Of a DNA stretch of 64,000 bases, positions 9,687 through 18,891 are shown piece after piece. Numbering within the stretch: the first letter of the stretch is position 1; the number at the start of each line of letters is the position of its first letter. Below the pieces are notes generated by a model. That model had not been told where the DNA came from, did no database searches, and saw only the letters and a list, made by a program, of their open reading frames with translations. The stretch is from a virus. Where the stretch lies: the IMG/VR virus record IMGVR_UViG_3300036886_000363, positions 1 through 64,000 of that record. One strand, given 5' to 3'. The position numbers were made by a program, and so were the translations under genes.

Positions 9687-10787
9687 TCACTGCAGTCCCT
9701 TCTCCACTTTTTCTGTCATCTCTTTTACAACGGGACAGGGAAGACTGAAGATCGGACAAGTCTTCGTTCCCTTGAGCATCTTCAAATATGCTTCCTTACT
9801 TATATTATACTCTGCATTTGAGTTGTCGATCAATTTATTTATATATTCAATCCTACCGATATATGACTTCAGCAGATTAACCTCTGCTTCAGCCTCGAGG
9901 ATTTTCTCCAGCTCTTGTAAATCGCTCACAATCGATTGCATCCCCTTGATCTTCTCGTCTATCGCTTTGGCTTTTTGCGTGAGTGTTAGCTGCCTTTGCG
10001 TTGATGTGATTTCTATTTCCAGCTCTGCGATCTTCTTTATATCCTCTTCAATTGATAGTGCCGGCTTTATTTTGGCGAGATTGTCTTGTATGTTTTCCAT
10101 TTTGGCGAGCAGCTTGTCAAGACTGTCGAATTCCCTTTGCAGAATATCTAATTCAGCACATGCCCCCTGCAACTGCTCGAATTCGGTTTCGAGTGTTTCA
10201 AAGCCCTTATACTTGGCAAGCTCAATCTCGTATTGTTTTAGATCAGCTTCCCAGACCTCGACCTCATTCTTTGCCTTGTTGATTTTCTTTTTATAATCTG
10301 AAACCCACTCGTCCACCTGATCGAGTTTGGTGACACGATTGATTGTCCGGGCAACCTCTCCCGGGGATGCAAAGATCATAAATGGTGTGTCAAATTGTTT
10401 TTGGATATTCAGCTCTGTCAAATTGAGTGCTGCCTTGATCTGATCCGGGACTGATTTTTCGACAGATGAGAATTCAAGATCGCCCATCTTGTATGTTGTG
10501 TCGATGAGCTTCTTGGATTTATCAGCTTTCCTCTGGACTGTCCTCTCCATTATGATTAACGGGATCCCTGATGCCTTTAACTCGATCTCTGTCTTTCCTT
10601 CATCGGCTGCAAAATTAGAATACGACTTTGCTCCGAGAGGACGATTGTTTGCAAGCAAGTAAATTGCCCGGGCGAGAGCTGTCTTGCCATGGAGGGAAAC
10701 ACCAAAGATGACATTGACACCTTTGACAAATTCAAGGAAGGTATCTCGATGCGATTGGTAATTTTTTGCTCTGAGAGATTCAAACAT
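9687..10787 (-). CDS. SbcC/Rad50-like ABC ATPase, N-terminal half
   Basis: NYQSH, Walker A GVSLHGKT, Q-loop IQKQFD, long coiled coil ending in CPIFSLPC. Confidence 0.85.
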   Translation of the reverse strand: MFESLRAKNYQSHRDTFLEFVKGVNVIFGVSLHGKTALARAIYLLANNRPLGAKSYSNFAADEGKTEIELKASGIPLIIMERTVQRKADKSKKLIDTTYKMGDLEFSSVEKSVPDQIKAALNLTELNIQKQFDTPFMIFASPGEVARTINRVTKLDQVDEWVSDYKKKINKAKNEVEVWEADLKQYEIELAKYKGFETLETEFEQLQGACAELDILQREFDSLDKLLAKMENIQDNLAKIKPALSIEEDIKKIAELEIEITSTQRQLTLTQKAKAIDEKIKGMQSIVSDLQELEKILEAEAEVNLLKSYIGRIEYINKLIDNSNAEYNISKEAYLKMLKGTKTCPIFSLPCPVVKEMTEKVEKGLQ

Positions 10788-10788
10788 T

Positions 10789-11058
10789 TTAGACTTCCTT
10801 GTTGTAATTCAATTCAAAGTGTTTAGCTTCTTCTCCACAGCGGTCGCCCGGAACAATCATGCTTCTCATAAGATTGGCAGGCCAATGTTTTATCCTTATT
10901 GGTCTTCGGGTATAAACATTTCTGAAATTATTTTTATATTGATTGGCACCATAAGCTGCAGAAGGATGTAAACAAACTTCTTCATTTCTATGAATTAAAC
11001 CGAAGAATTTTTCTTCTACTTCGATTCCAAAAAACTTGCAGTCTTCACAGTATTTCAT
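10789..11058 (-). CDS. small Cys-rich phage protein
   Basis: MKYCEDCKFF...CLHP...RCGEEAKHFE. Confidence 0.5.
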   Translation of the reverse strand: MKYCEDCKFFGIEVEEKFFGLIHRNEEVCLHPSAAYGANQYKNNFRNVYTRRPIRIKHWPANLMRSMIVPGDRCGEEAKHFELNYNKEV

Positions 11059-11059
11059 T

Positions 11060-11713
11060 TTACTTTTCCTTTCTTGAATGGACAAATTTTATAGTCTCAG
11101 GTTTGAGCCAATTGAAAAAATTGTCATGCCTATAGAGATCAAGATGGAGATGTTGAGAATTATCTATTAACTCAATTCTTCGTGATCGTATATCCCCAAG
11201 TTTATCGACAATCCCTGCTTTTTGAAAAGTAGGATATTCTATACAGACTACAGGATCGTGAAAATCTCTTTTGAAGATCAAGAGAGGGATTCTCTGACTC
11301 AACCGAGCATCTTCATCGCATTGCTTCCAGAATTTTAGGATAGCGAGATTGTCATCAATTTTGTCACTATCGATGACATCTAAAAGATCCCATTGTGAAT
11401 TGCTGACAGCTGTCAGGGCAGGGGGCTTTCCTTTTCGTGCTCTCTCTGCATTTCTCTGGGCAAGCATCTTCTTGGCTCGATTAACGGTCACTCTCGCATA
11501 CCCTGATTTAAGTTCAAGATTAAATGTTTCAATAAATGGGAGGCCAATCGAATGAGTGCAGGTTATATCTCCCATTTGTTTTTCGGCATGGGGCGTTTTG
11601 CTCGTGATTTTGACCCGGTTACGCCAGAAAATGTCGTCCATCCTCTTCTCTGTCCACCAGAGAGATAAGAACCTGCATTCCTGCCTCTCAAATTTTCCGC
11701 CCTTGTCAGCCAT
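11060..11713 (-). CDS. Holliday junction resolvase (Hjc-like PD-(D/E)XK)
   Basis: KGGKFER...GDI...LELK; adjacent to RecA and 5' nuclease. Confidence 0.75.
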   Translation of the reverse strand: MADKGGKFERQECRFLSLWWTEKRMDDIFWRNRVKITSKTPHAEKQMGDITCTHSIGLPFIETFNLELKSGYARVTVNRAKKMLAQRNAERARKGKPPALTAVSNSQWDLLDVIDSDKIDDNLAILKFWKQCDEDARLSQRIPLLIFKRDFHDPVVCIEYPTFQKAGIVDKLGDIRSRRIELIDNSQHLHLDLYRHDNFFNWLKPETIKFVHSRKEK

Positions 11714-11725
11714 GATTATTCCTTT

Positions 11726-12598
11726 TTACTTCCTCCCTGTCTGTAAATTGAATGCCTTTCTCCATCGATCAAAATTCTCTGGAGAAACAAATGAATTGCA
11801 TCCCCATTTTTTGAACATATCGATAAAGTCAAGAGACCATAATTCATCTTCAATGATCTCAGGGACGACAATGGGGCGATCTCCATTGTATGGTAGGGCA
11901 ACAAGATTGCGGCATTCCTCTTTCAATCTCTTGCCCTCTTCAGATTCAATCTTGTTTTTGATTGATCCATCTTTGAGAGATTTATGAAGATACTTGATCG
12001 CAGATTCAGGGCCGACTCCCGGAATCCCTTTAACTTTGTCAGATGTACAACCACCTATTGCTTTGACTTCGATCCAATCGATAGGTCTGAGTCCATATTT
12101 ATTTGTGAAATAATCTGCAGTGATGATCTTCTTTTTTGACAGGTTATATATCTGGACAGGACAATATTTATCATCCCAGAGGAGTTGTAGCAGATCGTCA
12201 TCCCCAGTAACGATTGTATATTCATCCGGCTGCCGGGCGACGACCCATGCTATCAGATCGTCAGCCTCATATCCGGATTGCATGAAGACATTTTTAAAAC
12301 CCATTGCCGGGAGTATCTCTTTTCTCAGAAGATCGAATTGTGTGTGAGCTTGCTCGATCAGCTCTTGCTTCTCCGGATCATGATCTCTCTTTTTGTATCC
12401 CGGATAATCCATCTTGCGGAAAGACTGGCGGCTATCCCAAATGAATATAAACTGATTTGTCCCGAATTTTTCAGCGATGGACAGGAGTTGCGAGAGGAAG
12501 CCAAAAATCACTCCGGTTTTGTTGCCACCACTGTGAAGGGTGTCAAGATTATAAACAGTCCGGTAGGCCATACCGTTGCTATCTATCATTAGTTTCAT
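11726..12598 (-). CDS. 5'-3' exonuclease / flap endonuclease (T4 RNase H-like)
   Basis: IDSN, WD, YEADD, TGDDDLLQL, SDKVKGIPGVG (H3TH). Confidence 0.9.
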   Translation of the reverse strand: MKLMIDSNGMAYRTVYNLDTLHSGGNKTGVIFGFLSQLLSIAEKFGTNQFIFIWDSRQSFRKMDYPGYKKRDHDPEKQELIEQAHTQFDLLRKEILPAMGFKNVFMQSGYEADDLIAWVVARQPDEYTIVTGDDDLLQLLWDDKYCPVQIYNLSKKKIITADYFTNKYGLRPIDWIEVKAIGGCTSDKVKGIPGVGPESAIKYLHKSLKDGSIKNKIESEEGKRLKEECRNLVALPYNGDRPIVVPEIIEDELWSLDFIDMFKKWGCNSFVSPENFDRWRKAFNLQTGRK

Positions 12599-13671
12599 TC
12601 AAATCTCTTCTTCCGATCTTTGGGAGATATTTCGTTTTCAATTTCTTTCCATTCCTTCTCGCACATATCAGATAAGGTGTCTTCCAATCCCTCATCTTCG
12701 ATGTATTTGATAAGCTCAGCCCGGGAGAAGTCTTCATCTTCAAACTTTATTTTCTGAGCTTTCGGCCCCCAGTACCAGTCGATCATGGAACTGATATTAT
12801 CGAGTCCGTAATCATATAGGATTGTGAACTCAGCTTCTCTGAAAGGCTTTGCGACTTTGTTCCTTTCAAACTTGGCTTTGGATCGTATCGCATAGACTCT
12901 CTTTTCCTGTCTGAAAACCCTGCTCAACTTTTCGATCTCTGCGAGCCAGACTACTTGATGGGTGTAGAAGTCAAGGGCTTTCCCTCCTCCCCGATAATGT
13001 TTCTTGCCGAACATGGCGTTGATCTTTTCCCTGATCTGAGAAACGATAATCAGTGTAGCATCTTTCCCGCTGGAGATATCACAGATGTTTGAAAAGAATG
13101 AAGCGCTGCCATACTTAGCTTTTTCTGTTCCATAACTTGCCTCTTCTTCATTGTCTTTTTCGGCAGCTTTTTCAAATCTCTCTTTGCCTCTCTCCGATGT
13201 CAGGGCATCCCATGAATCAACAATATAGAGGAGAAACTCGCCGGGCTTGAGAGCCATTACCCTTCTTGCATAATCTCTGCTCATCGCTTCGATTGTCCCC
13301 GTCCTGATCCACTCGACTCCATCAACAAAAGCTTTCCCGTACATCGTCTCTATCGGGAAGTCCATAACGTCTTCGACATTGTTGAAAACGATATAGACTT
13401 TCTTGACTTTGGGAAATAGTTCAGATTCAACCTTCATGATGTTGTAGAATGTCCATGCAGCTGTTTCGAGGACGAGCAAAGTTTTTCCGGAAGATCCATC
13501 ACCGACGGCATTGCCGATTCTCCCCCTTGCCCATCCTCCCCGTCTGCCTTTGCCAGAACCAGCCAGATTTACCATGGTCGAGCCAGTTGAGATAAATTCT
13601 ACTCTCTCATCCTCTTCGACCATGGATCCTGTTCTGATGACCTCGGCTTGTTCTTCAATTGATTTGGACAT
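12595..13671 (-). CDS. recA: RecA/UvsX-like recombinase
   Basis: ISTGS, GDGSSGKT Walker A, IVDS, SQIRE, GGKALDFY, NKVAKPFREAEF. Confidence 0.9.
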   Translation of the reverse strand: MSKSIEEQAEVIRTGSMVEEDERVEFISTGSTMVNLAGSGKGRRGGWARGRIGNAVGDGSSGKTLLVLETAAWTFYNIMKVESELFPKVKKVYIVFNNVEDVMDFPIETMYGKAFVDGVEWIRTGTIEAMSRDYARRVMALKPGEFLLYIVDSWDALTSERGKERFEKAAEKDNEEEASYGTEKAKYGSASFFSNICDISSGKDATLIIVSQIREKINAMFGKKHYRGGGKALDFYTHQVVWLAEIEKLSRVFRQEKRVYAIRSKAKFERNKVAKPFREAEFTILYDYGLDNISSMIDWYWGPKAQKIKFEDEDFSRAELIKYIEDEGLEDTLSDMCEKEWKEIENEISPKDRKKRFE

Positions 13672-13673
13672 GA

Positions 13674-14822
13674 TTATTCCCTTCTTCGTCTGCGCCCACC
13701 TGCCGGTGCTCCTTCAGTCGAGGCTTCTGGAGCTGCCGATCCTCGTGTTCTCGATCTGCTTGTGTCTGCCGCCGATTCCTCTTTCTTTGGCTCTTCTTTC
13801 TTTTCCGGAGGATATTGATCTGCCTCTGTCAATTTGCGTGCCTCTCGTGAGCAATCTTTGTAAACCGTGCAGGGTTCACAATCTTCGGGAAATTTGTCAA
13901 TCTCTTTTCCAAAGACATGCCCTTTCGGGCAGGGATTTACCGAAGCGGACTTCTCAACCGGCGCTGCAGATTTTTTCTCTGCCTCTGCCGCCAATTCTGC
14001 CCGACTTCTCACGGGAGCAGCTACTTCTTCCTGTCCTTGACGAAGGGTTCTCTCTGAGGGCATGGCCTGACCTTTGCCATAATACCAGATCCCGATTTCC
14101 TCATAACTGGGAATATAAATCAGCTCATCGAGGACAAAAACCTTCTCCAAGATAGAGTCTGGGATCACATATCCCGGAGGAATCCTGTCGACGAATTGAT
14201 GAAGGACATATCTTGTATTTACAGATTCTCCTTCTCTTTTGTACTTGACAGATTTCCCGGTTTCCGGATCGCAGAAGTTAAAGATCGGATCGATCTTGCC
14301 TTCCATACCCGGCCTGATAATCACCTTCGCCATTTCCCGCAGGTAATCTGTCAACAGATAAGAACTGGTGTGAAGGACTTGGACACCTTTCTTTTCTTCT
14401 GCTTCTGTATCAAGGCAGATCACATTGAAAAGAGCCCGGGGACTTGGAGGATCCATTTTTGCAATGAGTTTTTTGTCAGCTCCTTGCGCTCTTTTCTTTG
14501 CCAAATCTTCAGATACCGGATCGGGAGTTCCGAATGTCTTTGCAAGAGAAAGTATTACACCGCTTGCTCCTGCTCCGATCTCTTTGGGATAGACATAAAA
14601 TTCAAAAACGAAAGCCACCTTGCCGGGCTTAGGATCATTCGCGCCGGCGATGTAATCAAGAATATCTATAGTGTGATATCCCTCTCCGTTTTTCATGAAA
14701 GGAATCTGGATATCTTTTCGAAAGAGATTTGAATAAAATCCTCCCTCTTTCCGATCCTGATCTTCCTTCATCCTGTCATGAAACCCTGCCCTCATTTCTT
14801 CTCGCGATCTTCGTTGTGACAT
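13674..14822 (-). CDS. single-stranded DNA-binding protein (gp32-like) with C-terminal Cys cluster
   Basis: Position between UvsY and RecA; low-complexity linker; CPKGHVFG...CEPC...C; inferred from context. Confidence 0.6.
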   Translation of the reverse strand: MSQRRSREEMRAGFHDRMKEDQDRKEGGFYSNLFRKDIQIPFMKNGEGYHTIDILDYIAGANDPKPGKVAFVFEFYVYPKEIGAGASGVILSLAKTFGTPDPVSEDLAKKRAQGADKKLIAKMDPPSPRALFNVICLDTEAEEKKGVQVLHTSSYLLTDYLREMAKVIIRPGMEGKIDPIFNFCDPETGKSVKYKREGESVNTRYVLHQFVDRIPPGYVIPDSILEKVFVLDELIYIPSYEEIGIWYYGKGQAMPSERTLRQGQEEVAAPVRSRAELAAEAEKKSAAPVEKSASVNPCPKGHVFGKEIDKFPEDCEPCTVYKDCSREARKLTEADQYPPEKKEEPKKEESAADTSRSRTRGSAAPEASTEGAPAGGRRRRRE

Positions 14823-14983
14823 AACAATTCTCCTTTTAATTTTTTATAGTAATCTCTTCTTGCTTGAAAATAGCTTCGGACAGCTCCGTAAGCCATTGCC
14901 CTTACCGCGATATAACAAATACATAGGCCGAGAATAATCAGTCCTATAATTTTTAAAGGGTCGTTGATAATTTGTTCAAACAT
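14792..14983 (-). CDS. small membrane protein
   Basis: Single hydrophobic segment IIGLIILGLCICYIAV. Confidence 0.45.
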   Translation of the reverse strand: MFEQIINDPLKIIGLIILGLCICYIAVRAMAYGAVRSYFQARRDYYKKLKGELLCHNEDREKK

Positions 14984-14985
14984 GC

Positions 14986-15474
14986 CTATGCCCTCTTTCT
15001 ACGACTATGTTCGCTTATATGATCTCTGAGCCGATCATCTTTTGTTTCTTCCTTTTCTATTTGCCCTGCACTTCGGGGATCAGCAAACAATCCTTTGATA
15101 ATTCCTTCCTGTATTTTCTCCATTGAGAATTTTCTCGATATGAATTCCCACTGAGCTGAATTCATGATTGAGGCTCTTTCCTTTGCATTGATCCATTCAT
15201 CTGTGATCTGCTCATACTCTGGATCTGTTCTGACCTCTGCTTCGATCATAACATCTGTCACCCTGAGTTCTGTTCTCATGAGTATCTTGCGATGTTTTTT
15301 GTACAACTCTGCCTTCTTTATTTTACGCCGCATCTCGATCTTGTCGAATTCTTTTTGGGCAATGGCAGCTTGCTTTCCCCAGTACATCGATTTCTCTGCC
15401 TGTTCATCCCACTCTCTGTCGAGGGAATTTTTGTTAATCTTTAATTCATCGAAGTAATTTCTATCTTCAGACAC
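14986..15474 (-). CDS. UvsY-like recombination mediator
   Basis: ELKINKNSLDREWDEQA...VTDVMIEAEVRTDPEY helical pattern; next to SSB and RecA. Confidence 0.65.
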   Translation of the reverse strand: MSEDRNYFDELKINKNSLDREWDEQAEKSMYWGKQAAIAQKEFDKIEMRRKIKKAELYKKHRKILMRTELRVTDVMIEAEVRTDPEYEQITDEWINAKERASIMNSAQWEFISRKFSMEKIQEGIIKGLFADPRSAGQIEKEETKDDRLRDHISEHSRRKRA

Positions 15475-15652
15475 TGGGAACTCCTTGCTCTGTTAATGCC
15501 CTCCAGAATTTCATTCTCATTTCTGTTTGCTTGAATGGTTCATCTTTCAATTCACAGCCGATAGCATTCTGAACCATGCCCTTCAACCATCTTGCTTCAT
15601 CTTCTGTAAGTTGCATGGTGAATGTGACTGACTGATTTTTGATTACTTTCAT
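15467..15652 (-). CDS. hypothetical phage protein
   Basis: First ORF after promoter, GGAGG RBS. Confidence 0.45.
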   Translation of the reverse strand: MKVIKNQSVTFTMQLTEDEARWLKGMVQNAIGCELKDEPFKQTEMRMKFWRALTEQGVPSV

Positions 15653-15672
15653 TTCCCTGCCTCCTAATCTAT

Positions 15673-15696
15673 ATTATATCATAGATTTTTACTGTG
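15673..15696 (-). promoter_or_regulatory. promoter CACAG-N13-TATAAT
   Basis: CACAGTAAAAATCTATGATATAAT; same spacing at four loci. Confidence 0.7.
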
Positions 15697-16597
15697 TAGC
15701 TTTAAAACAAGCGACGGTCAATCCCGGTCGCTTTGAATACATAAATGACTCCGAGAACCAATCTATGACCATTGCCGCCTGCTTGTCAGGTTTGTTGAGA
15801 AGGACGGCATTCATATATCCCATGACTGCATATCTCACGCTTTCCGGTTCATCTGTGATCTGTTTGAGGACAGCCGCGATCTCTGACCATGCTGCTTTCT
15901 TTATCAGTAAACGACAAAGGTCGATGATCTGAGCATTGCCTCTTGAGGAGAGAATGAGAGCGATTGCATCTTCATCTTTTGTCATGGCCTTGACCATATC
16001 GAGCGCAACGATCATTTCTCTGGGGATTCTCTCACATTGATCGATAATTGCCTGTTTGACGGGATCGGAGACATTCAGTTTTTCTTCTTGACAAATCCAG
16101 TCCAATAAATTCTTTGATTCAGATTGAGTCAGGGGTTTGACTTCATACTTAGCCGCCCGGCTCTGGATCGTCGTCTGCACCTTTGCAAGATCGGTAGTGC
16201 AGAGAACAAAATAACAATGAAGAGGAGGCTCTTCAAGAGTTTTGAGAAGGGCATCCATAGCGTTGCCCGTCAATCGATGACACTCATCGATTATGTATAT
16301 TTTGTTCTTCCCTTTGAGAGGCATGAATCCGGCATTTCTTTTGATCTCTCTTGCATCGTCGACCCCTGTATTGGTCGCCGCATCAATCTCTTTTATATCG
16401 ACATCGTCAATTCCTGCCTTATAGGCGATCAGTCTGCCGATGGTTGTCTTGCCGCATCCCCGTGGGCCATGCAGCAGATAAGTTCTTTTTGTCACAATCA
16501 GAGAGATAAGTGATTCCTTCTCTTTTGACCATCCTCTGAGTTCATCAAAATTCAAAGGTCGATATTTTAACTCAAGTTCCTTACGATCTTCTGACAT
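15689..16597 (-). CDS. dnaX: DNA polymerase III gamma/tau-like clamp loader
   Basis: KYRP, GPRGCGKTT, EIDAA, IIDECH, ALLKTLEEPP, TIQSR. Confidence 0.9.
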   Translation of the reverse strand: MSEDRKELELKYRPLNFDELRGWSKEKESLISLIVTKRTYLLHGPRGCGKTTIGRLIAYKAGIDDVDIKEIDAATNTGVDDAREIKRNAGFMPLKGKNKIYIIDECHRLTGNAMDALLKTLEEPPLHCYFVLCTTDLAKVQTTIQSRAAKYEVKPLTQSESKNLLDWICQEEKLNVSDPVKQAIIDQCERIPREMIVALDMVKAMTKDEDAIALILSSRGNAQIIDLCRLLIKKAAWSEIAAVLKQITDEPESVRYAVMGYMNAVLLNKPDKQAAMVIDWFSESFMYSKRPGLTVACFKATQ

Positions 16598-16613
16598 TCT
16601 TATTTCCTCCTAT

Positions 16614-18890
16614 TTATTGTTCTTCTGAAAATCTCGGAATTCTTTTTTTAAAAGCTAACTTTTGCATATTTTTAATGGATTGTTTATAATAGCTTTTTTT
16701 TAATTCCATTCCTATTGCATACCTATCCATTTCTACTGCACAATATGTAACCGTTCCTATCCCATTAAATGGGTCAAGAACGATATCTCCTTTTGTACTC
16801 CATAATTCTAAACACCGCTCCACAGTATCTAATTGGAGAGGGCAAACATGCTTCTCATCTTTCTCATCACGAGATAAATCTGAATTTAGAACTCTTGTTT
16901 GCCGAATATCAAACCACACAGGAGAAGCATATCTCTGCCATATTTCATGAGATAATTTATTCTTTTTTTGATTATCACTATATATTCCTGTCGGAGCATC
17001 GCTTTCTCCCACAAATTCTGAAAATCCGTTCTCTCTTGATATAGGAATAAGATTCTCCCCCGGCTTTCTCATCACAATAATATAATCTGGCAATCCTTGA
17101 CCGCAGCGAGATGAATCCTTAATTACTTGTTTGTGGGCGAGGGCCAATGCTTTTGTCCTGACTGCTTGTATAAGAGGATCTTTCCAGATACAAACTTCAG
17201 AATGAAATATAAATTTTTCTTGTTGAAACATCCAAATTAAATCTCCTCTGAAATCATGCAGCCCCATATATCCATCATGTGTGATTGTTGCCGGTAGATT
17301 CATGCAATGAACTGCAATGAGTCGACCAGGACACATTACCCTATATAATTCCTTAATTAAAAATCTAAAATGGTCAAGAAAAGTATTTATATCTTTACAA
17401 TTTCCCATGTCTCTTATTGAATTCGTATATGTGAATAGAGAGGCGAATGGGGGAGAAAACATAGAAAATCCGACATAGTTATCGGGCAAGGTTTTAATTA
17501 TTTCTATATTGTCTCCTAAATATAGTTCATATTTATTTGCTTCTTCATAATTGTCAATCTCGTAAATCTCTTCCAAATGAGATTGCTCTTTTAATTCTTG
17601 TTTGCTTATGTCTTTCATATTGGAAATCATCTCCCTTCTCATTTTTATTGCATCAGCTTCTTTTCTTTTTATATTATCTGCTACATTTCCTTCAACATCT
17701 GTTGTTATTATATAACAGTTTACTGGATTTTTCTGTCCAAATCTCCAACATCTTCGTATTGCCTGATAAAAAGCCTCATAGCTATCTGACAATCCACAAA
17801 AGATAATATTATGGCAATGTTGCCAATTCAATCCAAAGCCTGCAATTTTTGGCTTTGTAACAAGTATTTTTATTTCTTCATTTGAAAATTTGATCATATT
17901 ATTTTCTTTTATTTCATCTTTTTGCGATCCTGTTACTTCAACCGCTCCTTTTATTTCTCTTGATACTTCTTCACTTTCTTTATTTAAATCACACCAGATT
18001 AACCATGATTTATCAGATCCTAAAATTAAATCATTAATAATTTTTATCTTTTCACTTATTGATTCCCGTCTTGCATTTCTTCTTTCTCCCAATGTTTCTG
18101 CCTTTTGTATAGAAAAATGTCCTGGTTTGGGGGTTCCAAATGGAATAACTCTTTCTATTATATTTAAAGGTGGCAAAATAAATTTGTTGTCATCAAATCC
18201 TAATTCTGAAGGAAAAGAAAACATGATCGCCCATGAGCAAACCCACTCCCAAAATTTTTCTTGTCCATGTTTTTTTAATCTCCATGTTCCAACATTTGAT
18301 GTATCATTTATAAAAAATAATGATAGCATTTCTGGCCTTGATAAGACATTAAGGAATTCTGAATGATTGCCCAGTTCAATAAAATCATTGGGAGAAGGAG
18401 TTGCAGTACAACATAATTTATATGGTGTTCTTTGAAAAGAATCAATAATGTAATTTCTAAATTTTCCTGTATAAGATTTTAAAATTGAGGATTCATCCAG
18501 AACTATCCCTGCAAAAGAATCAGCATGAAATTTATGAAGTTTTTCATAGTTTGTGATATTGATCCCATTGACAATATCATTCTGTGATTCACAGATATTA
18601 ATGGGGATTTTGAATTTATCTCCTTCTCTTTTTGTCTGTTTAGAAACTGCTAAAGGGGCAAGAATTAAAACTGGTTTGTTGGTATATTTGCATACTTGTC
18701 TTGACCATTCAATTTGTATAGGAGTTTTGCCAAGTCCACAATCGGCAAAAACAGCAGCTCTTCCTTTTTTAATTGCCCATTTTACAATGGCTTCTTGAAA
18801 ATCATAAAGCATAGGGTTTACATTTTCAGGAAGAAATCCGGTCTGTCTATTTATAATATCCTTCTTTTTTAAAAAATCTTGATATCTCAT
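16614..18890 (-). CDS. SNF2-like helicase fused to N6-adenine/N4-cytosine DNA methyltransferase
   Basis: DCGLGKT, LDES, TATPSPN, QAIRRCWRFGQ; then FSPPF (motif IV) and VLDPFNGIGT (motif I); visibly AT-richer than flanks. Confidence 0.85.
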   Translation of the reverse strand: MRYQDFLKKKDIINRQTGFLPENVNPMLYDFQEAIVKWAIKKGRAAVFADCGLGKTPIQIEWSRQVCKYTNKPVLILAPLAVSKQTKREGDKFKIPINICESQNDIVNGINITNYEKLHKFHADSFAGIVLDESSILKSYTGKFRNYIIDSFQRTPYKLCCTATPSPNDFIELGNHSEFLNVLSRPEMLSLFFINDTSNVGTWRLKKHGQEKFWEWVCSWAIMFSFPSELGFDDNKFILPPLNIIERVIPFGTPKPGHFSIQKAETLGERRNARRESISEKIKIINDLILGSDKSWLIWCDLNKESEEVSREIKGAVEVTGSQKDEIKENNMIKFSNEEIKILVTKPKIAGFGLNWQHCHNIIFCGLSDSYEAFYQAIRRCWRFGQKNPVNCYIITTDVEGNVADNIKRKEADAIKMRREMISNMKDISKQELKEQSHLEEIYEIDNYEEANKYELYLGDNIEIIKTLPDNYVGFSMFSPPFASLFTYTNSIRDMGNCKDINTFLDHFRFLIKELYRVMCPGRLIAVHCMNLPATITHDGYMGLHDFRGDLIWMFQQEKFIFHSEVCIWKDPLIQAVRTKALALAHKQVIKDSSRCGQGLPDYIIVMRKPGENLIPISRENGFSEFVGESDAPTGIYSDNQKKNKLSHEIWQRYASPVWFDIRQTRVLNSDLSRDEKDEKHVCPLQLDTVERCLELWSTKGDIVLDPFNGIGTVTYCAVEMDRYAIGMELKKSYYKQSIKNMQKLAFKKRIPRFSEEQ

Positions 18891-18891
18891 A

